Shown here one piece after another: positions 9,599-18,094 of a DNA stretch of 64,000 bases. This stretch comes from an uncultured Gammaproteobacteria bacterium (lineage in GTDB: Bacteria > Patescibacteriota > Patescibacteriia > Magasanikbacterales > UBA922): the NCBI GenBank assembly GCA_964612105.1, contig CAZTEU010000005.1:45039-109038 (forward strand). The letters are read 5' to 3'. Below the pieces are notes generated by a model. That model saw only the letters and a list, made by a program, of their open reading frames with translations. It was not told the origin of the DNA and did no database searches. Each line of letters begins with the position of its first letter. Position 1 is the stretch's first letter. A program made the position numbers and the translations under genes.

Positions 9599-9990
9599 TA
9601 CTAAACAAGAAAGCGAGGAGGTGAACATAGTACGTTACAACCCCTCGCTGGAAACTGCTCCACAGGAAAAGGGTTGAAAGATCTCACTCGACGTCGTTGC
9701 ACACCGAGCGCACGGGCTCCTCATCGCTGTACCAGCCGAGGGGGGCTGCATAAACGACGAGGCCACCGATGCTCCCGAGGGAGGCCAGGGACAGACCCAG
9801 AATGGCCGTCTCCACCCGCCCCGCATCAGGGACGAGGAACAGGCCGGTGGCGAAGAGCCCCAGACCCACGAGGAGGAGGATGAAGAAACAGTGGGAATCA
9901 CGATCACGGCGACTACGCATGGCAAACTCCAGCCTAGGTTACTTGAACGACGATGTGTCGGACTTGTTCACCTCGCTTTCTTACTTAGTA
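9599..9990 (-). repeat. Cassette 3, bounded by inverted arms 9599-9627 and 9965-9990
   Basis: RNA arms UACUAAGUAAGAAAGCGAGGUGAACA and UGUUCACCUCCUCGCUUUCUUGUUUAGUA: 26 bp with 2 G-U and a 3-nt bulge. Confidence 0.9.
9684..9920 (-). CDS. Orphan small membrane protein (78 aa, 2 TM), GC-rich
   Basis: GGAG SD upstream; two hydrophobic segments; lies within cassette 3 arms. Confidence 0.65.
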   Translation of the reverse strand: MRSRRDRDSHCFFILLLVGLGLFATGLFLVPDAGRVETAILGLSLASLGSIGGLVVYAAPLGWYSDEEPVRSVCNDVE

Positions 9991-10028
9991 TATTTTAAGG
10001 TACTACTATCCTATTTTACCAACACAGT

Positions 10029-10066
10029 ATTATAGCACAAAAAACCCCTTTTGTCAAGGGGTTTTT
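10029..10066 (-). promoter_or_regulatory. Consensus sigma70 promoter whose -35 lies in a terminator-like hairpin
   Basis: TTGACA(10057-10052)-17 bp-TATAAT(10034-10029); hairpin 10040-10066. Confidence 0.85.
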
Positions 10067-10102
10067 ATGGTTTTTTGGCTTATTTTAGCTAAATTGTATA
10101 CT

Positions 10103-11485
10103 TTACTGTTTCTCAATAATACCCCTTATCTCCCCTATCCTACCACTCAAATCCTCTTTCTTCCATGTTTCCAGATTTAGGCGTAAAACAGGCTCAGTAT
10201 TACTCTTTCTTACATTAAACCATCCCCAGTTAAATTCCATCCATACACCATCTATATTATTACTAGAAATAGCCTCATTTTTGTATATTTCTCTTATTTT
10301 TTCCATCATTCCATCTTTATCCTCCACCTCAAAATTAATCTCTCCTGAGTGATAATATTTCTTTAATGGAGTTATAATCTCACTAAGAGATTTGCCTGCC
10401 TGCGAAATAAGCCTAAGTATGTACAAAAGTGATAGTTCTGTACATTCAATCTTGTACATTTCATCAAAATATAGGTGCAGAGAAAGCTCGGAGCCAAACA
10501 CTCCATTTTCCTCACTCATTATTTTTTTAATGTAAGTATGCCCAACCTGTGTCATTATAGTTTTTGCTCCTGCAGACTCATATGACTCTTTAACAATCCT
10601 ACTGGAACGAAGATCATACAGCATTGTTGCACCTGGATTATTTTTTAGCACTTCCAAACCAATAATTGTAGCAACAAAAGATGCATCCACCACTTCCCCC
10701 TTCTCATTAACAACACCTATCCTATCCGCATCTCCATCCAAAGCAAAACCAAAATCTGCACCAACCTCTATAACCTTTGCTTGTAAGTCTTTTAATGTTT
10801 CTGTCTTTAATGGATTAGCCTCATGGTTTGGAAAAGTGCCGTCCGGCTCTATATACATGTACTCAACATTCACTTGAGATAATTTTTCCAATAATCTTGG
10901 AAATGTTACTCCTCCCATTCCATTTGCAGAATCTATAACTATTTTTAATGGTTTAATATCTTCCGGCTTTACCAATTCTAGAATTCTCTCCTGGTACAGC
11001 GGAAACATATCTTTCTCTTCCACATTTCCTTTTTCTTCTTTTACTTCACCAAAATCATTTTTTATTACAGCATCACGAATCTCTTCCATACCGTTTACTT
11101 TACCAACAGCTAATCCATTCCCAAGAGCTAATTTAAAACCATTATATTCTGCCGGATTATGACTAGCTGTAACAATTACCCCCCCAGCATGCTCTTCTAA
11201 ATGAGCGCAGGAGAAATTAAAAAGTGGAGTTGTACTTTGTCCTATGTTTACAACATCCACACCCTCATCTGTAATACCTTTTATTACAGCTTCACTAAAA
11301 GGTTTACTGGTTGGTCTCATGTCCAACCCAACTACCATTTTTTTTGCAGAAAAATCCTCACCTTTATTTTTTAGGAAGTTTACATATGCACGCCCAAGTC
11401 TGTACGCCAAATCCTCACTAAGCTCACTATCTGCAAGCCCGCGAATATCGTATGACTTAAAGACATGTTCTGGAATATCTACCAT
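10103..11485 (-). CDS. Phosphomannomutase/phosphoglucomutase
   Basis: FKSYDIRG, TASHNP, DGDADR, RKSNTEP; start moved to MVDIPEH at 11485. Confidence 0.92.
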   Translation of the reverse strand: MVDIPEHVFKSYDIRGLADSELSEDLAYRLGRAYVNFLKNKGEDFSAKKMVVGLDMRPTSKPFSEAVIKGITDEGVDVVNIGQSTTPLFNFSCAHLEEHAGGVIVTASHNPAEYNGFKLALGNGLAVGKVNGMEEIRDAVIKNDFGEVKEEKGNVEEKDMFPLYQERILELVKPEDIKPLKIVIDSANGMGGVTFPRLLEKLSQVNVEYMYIEPDGTFPNHEANPLKTETLKDLQAKVIEVGADFGFALDGDADRIGVVNEKGEVVDASFVATIIGLEVLKNNPGATMLYDLRSSRIVKESYESAGAKTIMTQVGHTYIKKIMSEENGVFGSELSLHLYFDEMYKIECTELSLLYILRLISQAGKSLSEIITPLKKYYHSGEINFEVEDKDGMMEKIREIYKNEAISSNNIDGVWMEFNWGWFNVRKSNTEPVLRLNLETWKKEDLSGRIGEIRGIIEKQ

Positions 11486-11590
11486 ATAATTTTGTTGAAA
11501 AATAAGCGGATTTAGTATATAGTACGAGTATCTCATACGCAAGTTTCAGAGAGTTTTTATGTACAAAATCTATAAATAAGATATAGGATT

Positions 11591-14134
11591 ATGGACCCAA
11601 AACAACTTCTAGATCATTTCTCCTCTCACCTAAAAAATGTAATAGCAAAAGCAATTTCTGTATCTGCAAGCTTTTCTCATTCAGAAGTAATGCCTGCACA
11701 TTTACTTCTCGCACTAGTACAAGAAAAAGGATCTATTGCTTCTCAGTTACTGGAAAAGTCAGAAGTTTCTTCCAAGACTATTCTTTCTTACCTAAAATCT
11801 ATAACAAAACAACTTCCTGCAATGGACATAGCAACACGAGCGGCAATAGCCACTCTTCCAGAACTCAGTAAATCTTCTAAAAGAGTTTTGGAAAAAGCAA
11901 TGCTTACTGGTTATGAAAATGAACATACCCATGTTGGTACAGAACACTTGCTGTACGGATTATTACAAAGTAGAGATGTTGGAATAAAAGAGATACTATC
12001 CAAAACAAAAATTAAGAGAAAAGAGATGACACAGCAGTTGGAAATTATTTTTACAAGTACAAACAAATTTCCAGATGTGCAGGATATAGCAGAAGCAATG
12101 GGACATATAGAAGAATTGGCAGAAGGAGGTGGTGCGCTTGCAATTACTCCTGAAAAATCAAAAACTCAAAAGAAATCTAGAACACAAAAATACCAAGCAT
12201 TGTCTATGTTTGCTGTAGAATTGACAGATGTAGATGTGCAAAAAACAATTGATCCTGTAATTGGTCGTGAAAACGAAATAGAAAGACTAATCCATGTGCT
12301 TTCTCGCAGGAATAAAAATAACCCTATACTTGTTGGAGAGCCCGGGGTTGGTAAAACAGCAATTGTAGAGGGGCTTGCAAAAAGGGTTTCGGAAGGAAAG
12401 GTGCCGGCTGTATTACAGAACAAAAAAATATTTGCATTGGACTTAACATTACTTGTTGCAGGTACAATATATCGTGGGGAATTTGAGGCTCGTATTAAAC
12501 AGCTTGTAGATGAGGTGTCCAGTAGAAGTGATTTTATTCTTTTTATAGATGAAATCCACAATATAATAGGAACAGGTTCCAATCAAGGAACAATGGATGC
12601 AGCAAACATATTAAAGCCTGCACTTGCGCGTGGAAAACTTAGGTGTATTGGAGCTACAACTCATGATGAGTATAAGAAGTACGTTACAGCAGATCCTGCT
12701 CTGGAAAGACGTTTCCAGGCTGTTAATGTAGAAGAGCCTTCTCGCGAAGAGGCAATAGAAATATTAAAAGGTGTAAAAAAATATTACGATGAATTTCATG
12801 GTGCTTCTATCAGCGATTCAGCAATTACTACAGCAGTAGACTTATCCATGAGATATATTCATGATAATTACTTGCCAGATAAGGCAATTGACTTAATAGA
12901 CGAAGCATCTGCTTCTGTACGCACAAAGAAAAAACCAACTCCCCTACAAAAAAAGAGGTTGGGCATTATAAAAGAGTTAAACAGTATAAGAAAAGACAAA
13001 GATACAGCTATGGCAAGTGAAGACTTAGATTCAGCGACTGTTTTAAAGAAACGACTAGATGATTTAGAAGAAAAAATAGAATCTCTAGAAAAACAGACAA
13101 AGAAAACAAAGAAGGTGGCGAGATCACGTGTTACTAAGAGTGATGTAATAGAAGTACTAGCAAACAGATTGGGGCTAAATAAGAAACTATTGGAAGAAAA
13201 CCAATGGTCCAAATTACAAACTCTTTCGGATAGGCTTTCAAATCATATTGTAGGGCAGGACACTGTACTCAACAAACTAGAGAGAGTATTAAAACAAGCT
13301 CATCTAGGTATAAGAGATAAAAACAAACCGTTGTCGTCTTTGCTTTTTGTTGGTCCTAGTGGTGTAGGAAAAACAGAACTCGCAAAATCTTTGGCGAAGG
13401 AGCTATATCACGATGAAAAATCTCTTATTAGGTTGGACATGAGTGAGTTTGCAGAAGGGCATGGTGTATCTAAACTACTTGGCTCCCCTGCTGGATATGT
13501 GGGATACAAAGACAGAAACCACTTTATCGATAAGCTAAAACAAAGACCTTACTCAGTCGTATTGTTCGATGAGTTTGACAAAGCCCATCCGGATGTTATG
13601 AAATTATTATTACAGATTTTAGATGAAGGCACTTTGACAGATAGTAATGGTAAAAAAGTCCACTTCTGCCACTCAACTGTTATCCTTACAAGCAATGTTG
13701 GGGCGGAACTATATAAGAAGAGTGGTTTTGGTTTTGGTTCTTCCAAGCAAAAAAGTGTGGAAGGTACAAAAAAACGAGATGAAGCAATAAGCTCAAAATT
13801 AAGAGATGTGTTTGGAACTCCCCTTCTAGGAAGACTTCATGAGGTGTGTATCTTTTCTCCTTTGACTAATGAAAATATAATGGAAATAATTTCTAGACAC
13901 GCAATAAAAATTAGCTCAGACCTAAAAACACAGCAGGATATCGCCCTTACTCTTACAAAGACTGCTATTAAACAGCTTGCGATAGACTCTAAACATGATG
14001 ATCTTGGAGCAAGGAATGTTGAACGTATAGTAGATCATGTTATACAGGATTTAGTTGTAGGTGAATTACAAAAAGAAAGTAAGAAGAAACAATATAGACT
14101 ATCCCATAAACAATCTGCATACTATTTACAATAA
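11591..14134 (+). CDS. clpC: ATP-dependent Clp protease ATP-binding subunit (ClpC-like)
   Basis: Clp N-terminal repeats, two Walker A motifs (GEPGVGKT, GPSGVGKT), UVR-like middle domain. Confidence 0.88.
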   Translation: MDPKQLLDHFSSHLKNVIAKAISVSASFSHSEVMPAHLLLALVQEKGSIASQLLEKSEVSSKTILSYLKSITKQLPAMDIATRAAIATLPELSKSSKRVLEKAMLTGYENEHTHVGTEHLLYGLLQSRDVGIKEILSKTKIKRKEMTQQLEIIFTSTNKFPDVQDIAEAMGHIEELAEGGGALAITPEKSKTQKKSRTQKYQALSMFAVELTDVDVQKTIDPVIGRENEIERLIHVLSRRNKNNPILVGEPGVGKTAIVEGLAKRVSEGKVPAVLQNKKIFALDLTLLVAGTIYRGEFEARIKQLVDEVSSRSDFILFIDEIHNIIGTGSNQGTMDAANILKPALARGKLRCIGATTHDEYKKYVTADPALERRFQAVNVEEPSREEAIEILKGVKKYYDEFHGASISDSAITTAVDLSMRYIHDNYLPDKAIDLIDEASASVRTKKKPTPLQKKRLGIIKELNSIRKDKDTAMASEDLDSATVLKKRLDDLEEKIESLEKQTKKTKKVARSRVTKSDVIEVLANRLGLNKKLLEENQWSKLQTLSDRLSNHIVGQDTVLNKLERVLKQAHLGIRDKNKPLSSLLFVGPSGVGKTELAKSLAKELYHDEKSLIRLDMSEFAEGHGVSKLLGSPAGYVGYKDRNHFIDKLKQRPYSVVLFDEFDKAHPDVMKLLLQILDEGTLTDSNGKKVHFCHSTVILTSNVGAELYKKSGFGFGSSKQKSVEGTKKRDEAISSKLRDVFGTPLLGRLHEVCIFSPLTNENIMEIISRHAIKISSDLKTQQDIALTLTKTAIKQLAIDSKHDDLGARNVERIVDHVIQDLVVGELQKESKKKQYRLSHKQSAYYLQ

Positions 14135-14135
14135 T

Positions 14136-14495
14136 ATGGAGGATCAACAAAAACAGTGGGCAACAGAACTACAAAAAGCGATAAACAAAACAAAAAAGGA
14201 TTCTGGAGATACCGAAGGAAACACAAGAGTCATTAATAAAAAAATCGCAGAGAAAAAAGAGGAGATTATTAAGGTAGCAGAGAAAAAGGATATAGACGGA
14301 GCAAAGAAGCTCTTTTTTGAGTTAATACAACTTCGTGCAACACATACTGCGCTTGGAATAAAAAAGATGAAAGAAAATGGAAAACTAACAAAAGACCTTG
14401 CAGAAAAGGTTGCAGAATATTTTATTACAGACTGTATTAATCTAGCAATTGCGGTTGATTCAATACTAGGAATAAATTATGGTACTGACTCCTAA
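14136..14495 (+). CDS. Hypothetical helical protein
   Basis: ATG immediately after the clpC stop; overlaps the next gene. Confidence 0.65.
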   Translation: MEDQQKQWATELQKAINKTKKDSGDTEGNTRVINKKIAEKKEEIIKVAEKKDIDGAKKLFFELIQLRATHTALGIKKMKENGKLTKDLAEKVAEYFITDCINLAIAVDSILGINYGTDS

Positions 14496-16206
14496 TATAA
14501 TAGCATCCAAGGGTTTGCTGTCATCCTTACTAAAAGGAAAGGTTGGTACTTTAGTTTTAACAAAGGCATTTGTTGCAGCCGGTCTTGGAGACATGGCTCC
14601 AATAGTTGCGCAGTTGATATCTCGAGATGGTGTATTAGATACATTACTCCCTGGTGTTCTGGCACAGGCTGATTCATACAGACAAAATGCGCAGGATTTT
14701 GTAAGAAATAAGTTTGCTTCTGTTGTAGAACCACCTGCTGGTGCATATGACCCAGGGCTTGCATATGCTGGAGGTCCACAAGAATTTGCTGTCGGTGATA
14801 GCTTCCTTAATGACGCAAAAAAACTTGCTAAGGAAAGCTCTGACTCTGTTAACAAGAATAAGCCAGTAGAATCTTCACCTGAAGTACAAAAAGATGATAT
14901 AATAGCTCCAGAAGCACAACCGCCGGTTGGTGGTGGTCTTGGTGGCGGAAAAACAACCCCTCAGGATGCACAAGAACAACAAGATAATGGTGTAGCGCCA
15001 GACAAATCACAGCAAGTTGGTTCACCAGATAAACAACCTCAAGAAGATGAGGAACAGGCACAGGAACCTGCTTCTAAGGAAAAGCCAGAGCCTAAACAAA
15101 AAGCTAGTGAAGGGCAAGCAAAAGGTGAAGATGCTCCCCAAATACCTATTAGTGTTACTCTGGATAAGCCTGAAGATAGTAGAACTATAAAACTAGATGA
15201 TGAAAGTGAGGGTGGAGCAGGGGGAGAACAGGCAGACGAGGTAGATCCAACAGAATCTCAACCTTCTGTATTAGATGATAAAGAACCCTCAGAAGAACCG
15301 GCTACAGAATCTCCTGAAGAGGGCGGTAAAGAAGGTGAGGAAATCCCCAAAACTAAAACACCAGAGGATAGAGAGAAAAAAGAAGAAGATGAAAAGGAGA
15401 AGGAAGATGATGAGGATAAAGAAGAAAGTGATAGTGATGAAGACGATGAGGATGAAGAAGGTACAGAAGAGGAAGATGATGGATTAGGTTTTGATAAACC
15501 AACAGATTTTAGCGCTCCCGCAGAAGACGATTCCTCTGGAGCAGAAGAGGAACAGAAAGACGATGATAAGAAAGATCCGGGGAAAGAAGCACAAACAGCA
15601 CAACAATTGAGTAAGGATAAGAATCTAGACGCAAAAGAGAAACGTGATAAGAAAGGAAAAGAATCCACTAAAGGTAAAGAAAAAAGACCGGATGCAGAAA
15701 GACATGGGTCATCTAGTAGCGTGATGGTTGTGCTATGGATGCTACACGATATAGTTGCTTTTGTTAACATGATTTTAATGTTAATTCCAGCACTAAATAT
15801 TTTGACCGGCTGGCTAGTCACACTGATGTTCCTTGGTCCAATACTATTTATGCCATTTGTAGACGGTGATATATTCTGGTTTACAGTTGCATATATAATA
15901 GGAAAAAGAACTCCTAGAGGGCCTGAGGATGAGAAGCAGAATGTTGTAGACAGATTCACAAAAGAAAAGAAAGAGCAGGTTGTAGACTTAGCAGAACAAG
16001 AAGGAAAGAGATTAGCAAAGGAGGCTATAAAGTCGTTGGGCTGGTATGCGCTAATAATACCTGGAATAATTATATTATTCCCTGTCGACTTAGTAATATA
16101 CTGGATAATCGTGATTAGATTTACAGCAGCAAAAAGGCCTACAGCTAAGAAATCAAAAGAGGTTGCATTCAGCATTCTAGAACAAGCAAAAATAGCAAAA
16201 AAATAA
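14479..16206 (+). CDS. Hypothetical membrane protein with long acidic low-complexity region
   Basis: 575 aa; D/E/K/P-rich middle; about 3 C-terminal TM segments. Confidence 0.8.
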   Translation: MVLTPNIIASKGLLSSLLKGKVGTLVLTKAFVAAGLGDMAPIVAQLISRDGVLDTLLPGVLAQADSYRQNAQDFVRNKFASVVEPPAGAYDPGLAYAGGPQEFAVGDSFLNDAKKLAKESSDSVNKNKPVESSPEVQKDDIIAPEAQPPVGGGLGGGKTTPQDAQEQQDNGVAPDKSQQVGSPDKQPQEDEEQAQEPASKEKPEPKQKASEGQAKGEDAPQIPISVTLDKPEDSRTIKLDDESEGGAGGEQADEVDPTESQPSVLDDKEPSEEPATESPEEGGKEGEEIPKTKTPEDREKKEEDEKEKEDDEDKEESDSDEDDEDEEGTEEEDDGLGFDKPTDFSAPAEDDSSGAEEEQKDDDKKDPGKEAQTAQQLSKDKNLDAKEKRDKKGKESTKGKEKRPDAERHGSSSSVMVVLWMLHDIVAFVNMILMLIPALNILTGWLVTLMFLGPILFMPFVDGDIFWFTVAYIIGKRTPRGPEDEKQNVVDRFTKEKKEQVVDLAEQEGKRLAKEAIKSLGWYALIIPGIIILFPVDLVIYWIIVIRFTAAKRPTAKKSKEVAFSILEQAKIAKK

Positions 16207-16215
16207 ATAAAAAAT

Positions 16216-17451
16216 ATGGATAAAAAAAGAATCTTGTTTATCGTAGCATTCGTTATAGCAACAATAGTGATAGGCTTTGCTATGTATCGAGTGTTCTTTT
16301 ATACTCCAAAACCTGCAGAACGACCTGGAACTATTGCAACAGAACCATCCAAGTTCCCATCATCTGGAGAGGCAGGAGAAATAGACAGACCAACAATCCC
16401 ACCATCAGAAGTGTTACCTCCATCTGTCACAGCACCAAGTCAACCAGGAGTAGGTGATGGAATAGGAGTTGGAGAAGATGTACAAAAAATAGTGCAATCT
16501 GTTATAAACACACCTGTTGTTGGTATGGATATAAGTAATCAGAGTGGGCAGGCTAGATTCTATAACCAAGAAGACGGGAAGTTTTATTCTGTAGACGCAC
16601 TCGGACAACCAAGGGAACTAACAGACCAGGTTTTCTTTAACGTAGAAAATGTAACATGGTCCCCTACTCAAAGTGAGTCGATTATAGAATACCCAGACGG
16701 TGCAAATATTTATTATAATTTCAATACAAAAAAACAAGTTACATTACCAAAACACTGGGATTCTTTCTCATTTACAGATACAGGAGATAAAATAGCAGCA
16801 AAGAGTCTAGGGTTCTCTGAAGAAAACAGGTGGCTCATTAGTTCAGACCCAACAGGAAGTAATATAAACCTAATAGAGCCTCTTGGTAGTAACGCAGATA
16901 AAGTAATTGTAGACTGGTCTCCAAATAAACAGATTGTTGGGTTATCAGCTACTGGTGAAGAGCTTGGTTCTGATAGACAAGAGATATTATTTGTTGGACA
17001 GAATGGTGAGAATTTTAAATCAACAATAGTAGAAGGTAGAGATCTGAGGACAGAATGGTCAAAGACAGGTTCTAAACTATTGTACAGCGTTCATAATTCA
17101 CGAAATGATTTCAAGCCAGAGCTTTGGGTTGTAAAAGGTAGTGGAGAAAACTTGGGGGGAGGAAGAAAGCTACTTAATGTGGATACATGGGCAGATAAGT
17201 GTTCATTCTCAGATGATAGGTATGCCTATTGTGGAGTACCGCAAATACTAGAAAAAGGTTCTGGTTTTGCACCAGCCCTTGCGGACTCAACACCAGACGA
17301 CTTGTACAAGATAGATGTGGAGACAGGACTAAAGGTGCAAATACCTCTAGATGATTTCCATGTAATCGATACTATTTCATTAAGTCCGGACGGGAAGACA
17401 TTGTATTTTACAGACAAAAACATTCCAGGACTATATAAAGTACAGTTATAA
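16216..17451 (+). CDS. Membrane-anchored beta-propeller (TolB/WD40-like) protein
   Basis: N-terminal TM, Pro-rich linker, repeated WSP/WSK/LSPDGK blade motifs. Confidence 0.75.
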   Translation: MDKKRILFIVAFVIATIVIGFAMYRVFFYTPKPAERPGTIATEPSKFPSSGEAGEIDRPTIPPSEVLPPSVTAPSQPGVGDGIGVGEDVQKIVQSVINTPVVGMDISNQSGQARFYNQEDGKFYSVDALGQPRELTDQVFFNVENVTWSPTQSESIIEYPDGANIYYNFNTKKQVTLPKHWDSFSFTDTGDKIAAKSLGFSEENRWLISSDPTGSNINLIEPLGSNADKVIVDWSPNKQIVGLSATGEELGSDRQEILFVGQNGENFKSTIVEGRDLRTEWSKTGSKLLYSVHNSRNDFKPELWVVKGSGENLGGGRKLLNVDTWADKCSFSDDRYAYCGVPQILEKGSGFAPALADSTPDDLYKIDVETGLKVQIPLDDFHVIDTISLSPDGKTLYFTDKNIPGLYKVQL

Positions 17452-17453
17452 AT

Positions 17454-18092
17454 ATGCCTAGTCACAAGCAATTATTAACTTTATTTGTACCAGCCCTTGC
17501 TGTTGTTGCTATTGGTTTAATAATTGCGATTATACAGTACGACCCTCTCTACCCAAAAGAGAACAATAATAAATCAGAGGCTTCTGATCTAATACCTATT
17601 TTTACAGAAGATCCAATTGTCGGATACAAGAAAGCTCCTATTACAATTATTGCGTTTGAAGACTTTGGTTGTGAAGGATGCAAAGCTCAATCAGATATTT
17701 TCGATCAAATAATGCTCAAACACCCAAAAAAAATAAAGGTTGTTTGGAAATCACTTACAGTAACAAGATTCCCAATTTCTACACAACGAGCTCATGAGTA
17801 TGGATTATGTGCAAACGAACAAGGTAAGTTTAGCGAATTCAAAGAACTTGCTTTTGTTAACGGGCTTAACCTGTCCCAAGGAATATTAGATTTAATAGTA
17901 GAAGAAACAGAAATGAGTGAACGCAAACTAACATCCTGCCTAAACTCAGCAAAACCTACAAAATATCTGTCACAAAACGAATCTCTAGCTAACCTGCTAA
18001 ACGTACAGGCAGTACCTACAATATTTATAGACAATGTACAGATTAATACACCTTCTAGTATAGAAGAATGGGAAATGGTCCTAGGATTATAA
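17454..18092 (+). CDS. DsbA-family thioredoxin-fold protein
   Basis: FEDFGCEGC CxxC motif, VPTIFID cis-Pro motif, N-terminal TM. Confidence 0.88.
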   Translation: MPSHKQLLTLFVPALAVVAIGLIIAIIQYDPLYPKENNNKSEASDLIPIFTEDPIVGYKKAPITIIAFEDFGCEGCKAQSDIFDQIMLKHPKKIKVVWKSLTVTRFPISTQRAHEYGLCANEQGKFSEFKELAFVNGLNLSQGILDLIVEETEMSERKLTSCLNSAKPTKYLSQNESLANLLNVQAVPTIFIDNVQINTPSSIEEWEMVLGL

Positions 18093-18094
18093 TT

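Noticed and set aside
8993-9627. CRISPR array
   Set aside because: Only two exact 20-bp repeats, 581 bp apart, and no cas genes in the window
8587-9990. Cassettes as IS/MITE elements or integron cassettes
   Set aside because: No transposase or integrase and no target-site duplications seen; arms differ per cassette with G-U-biased mismatches; the inverted repeats enclose whole genes rather than forming attC sites with GTTRRRY cores
8604-10035. Alternative overlapping ORFs in the GC-rich cassettes (e.g. 9029-9523 +, 9043-9462 +, 9635-9925 -)
   Set aside because: Expected shadow frames of GC-rich DNA; they lack SD or promoter support, and some cross the stem arms
15258-16175. 305-aa Ser-rich minus-strand ORF
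   Set aside because: Antisense shadow of the acidic low-complexity gene 14479-16206
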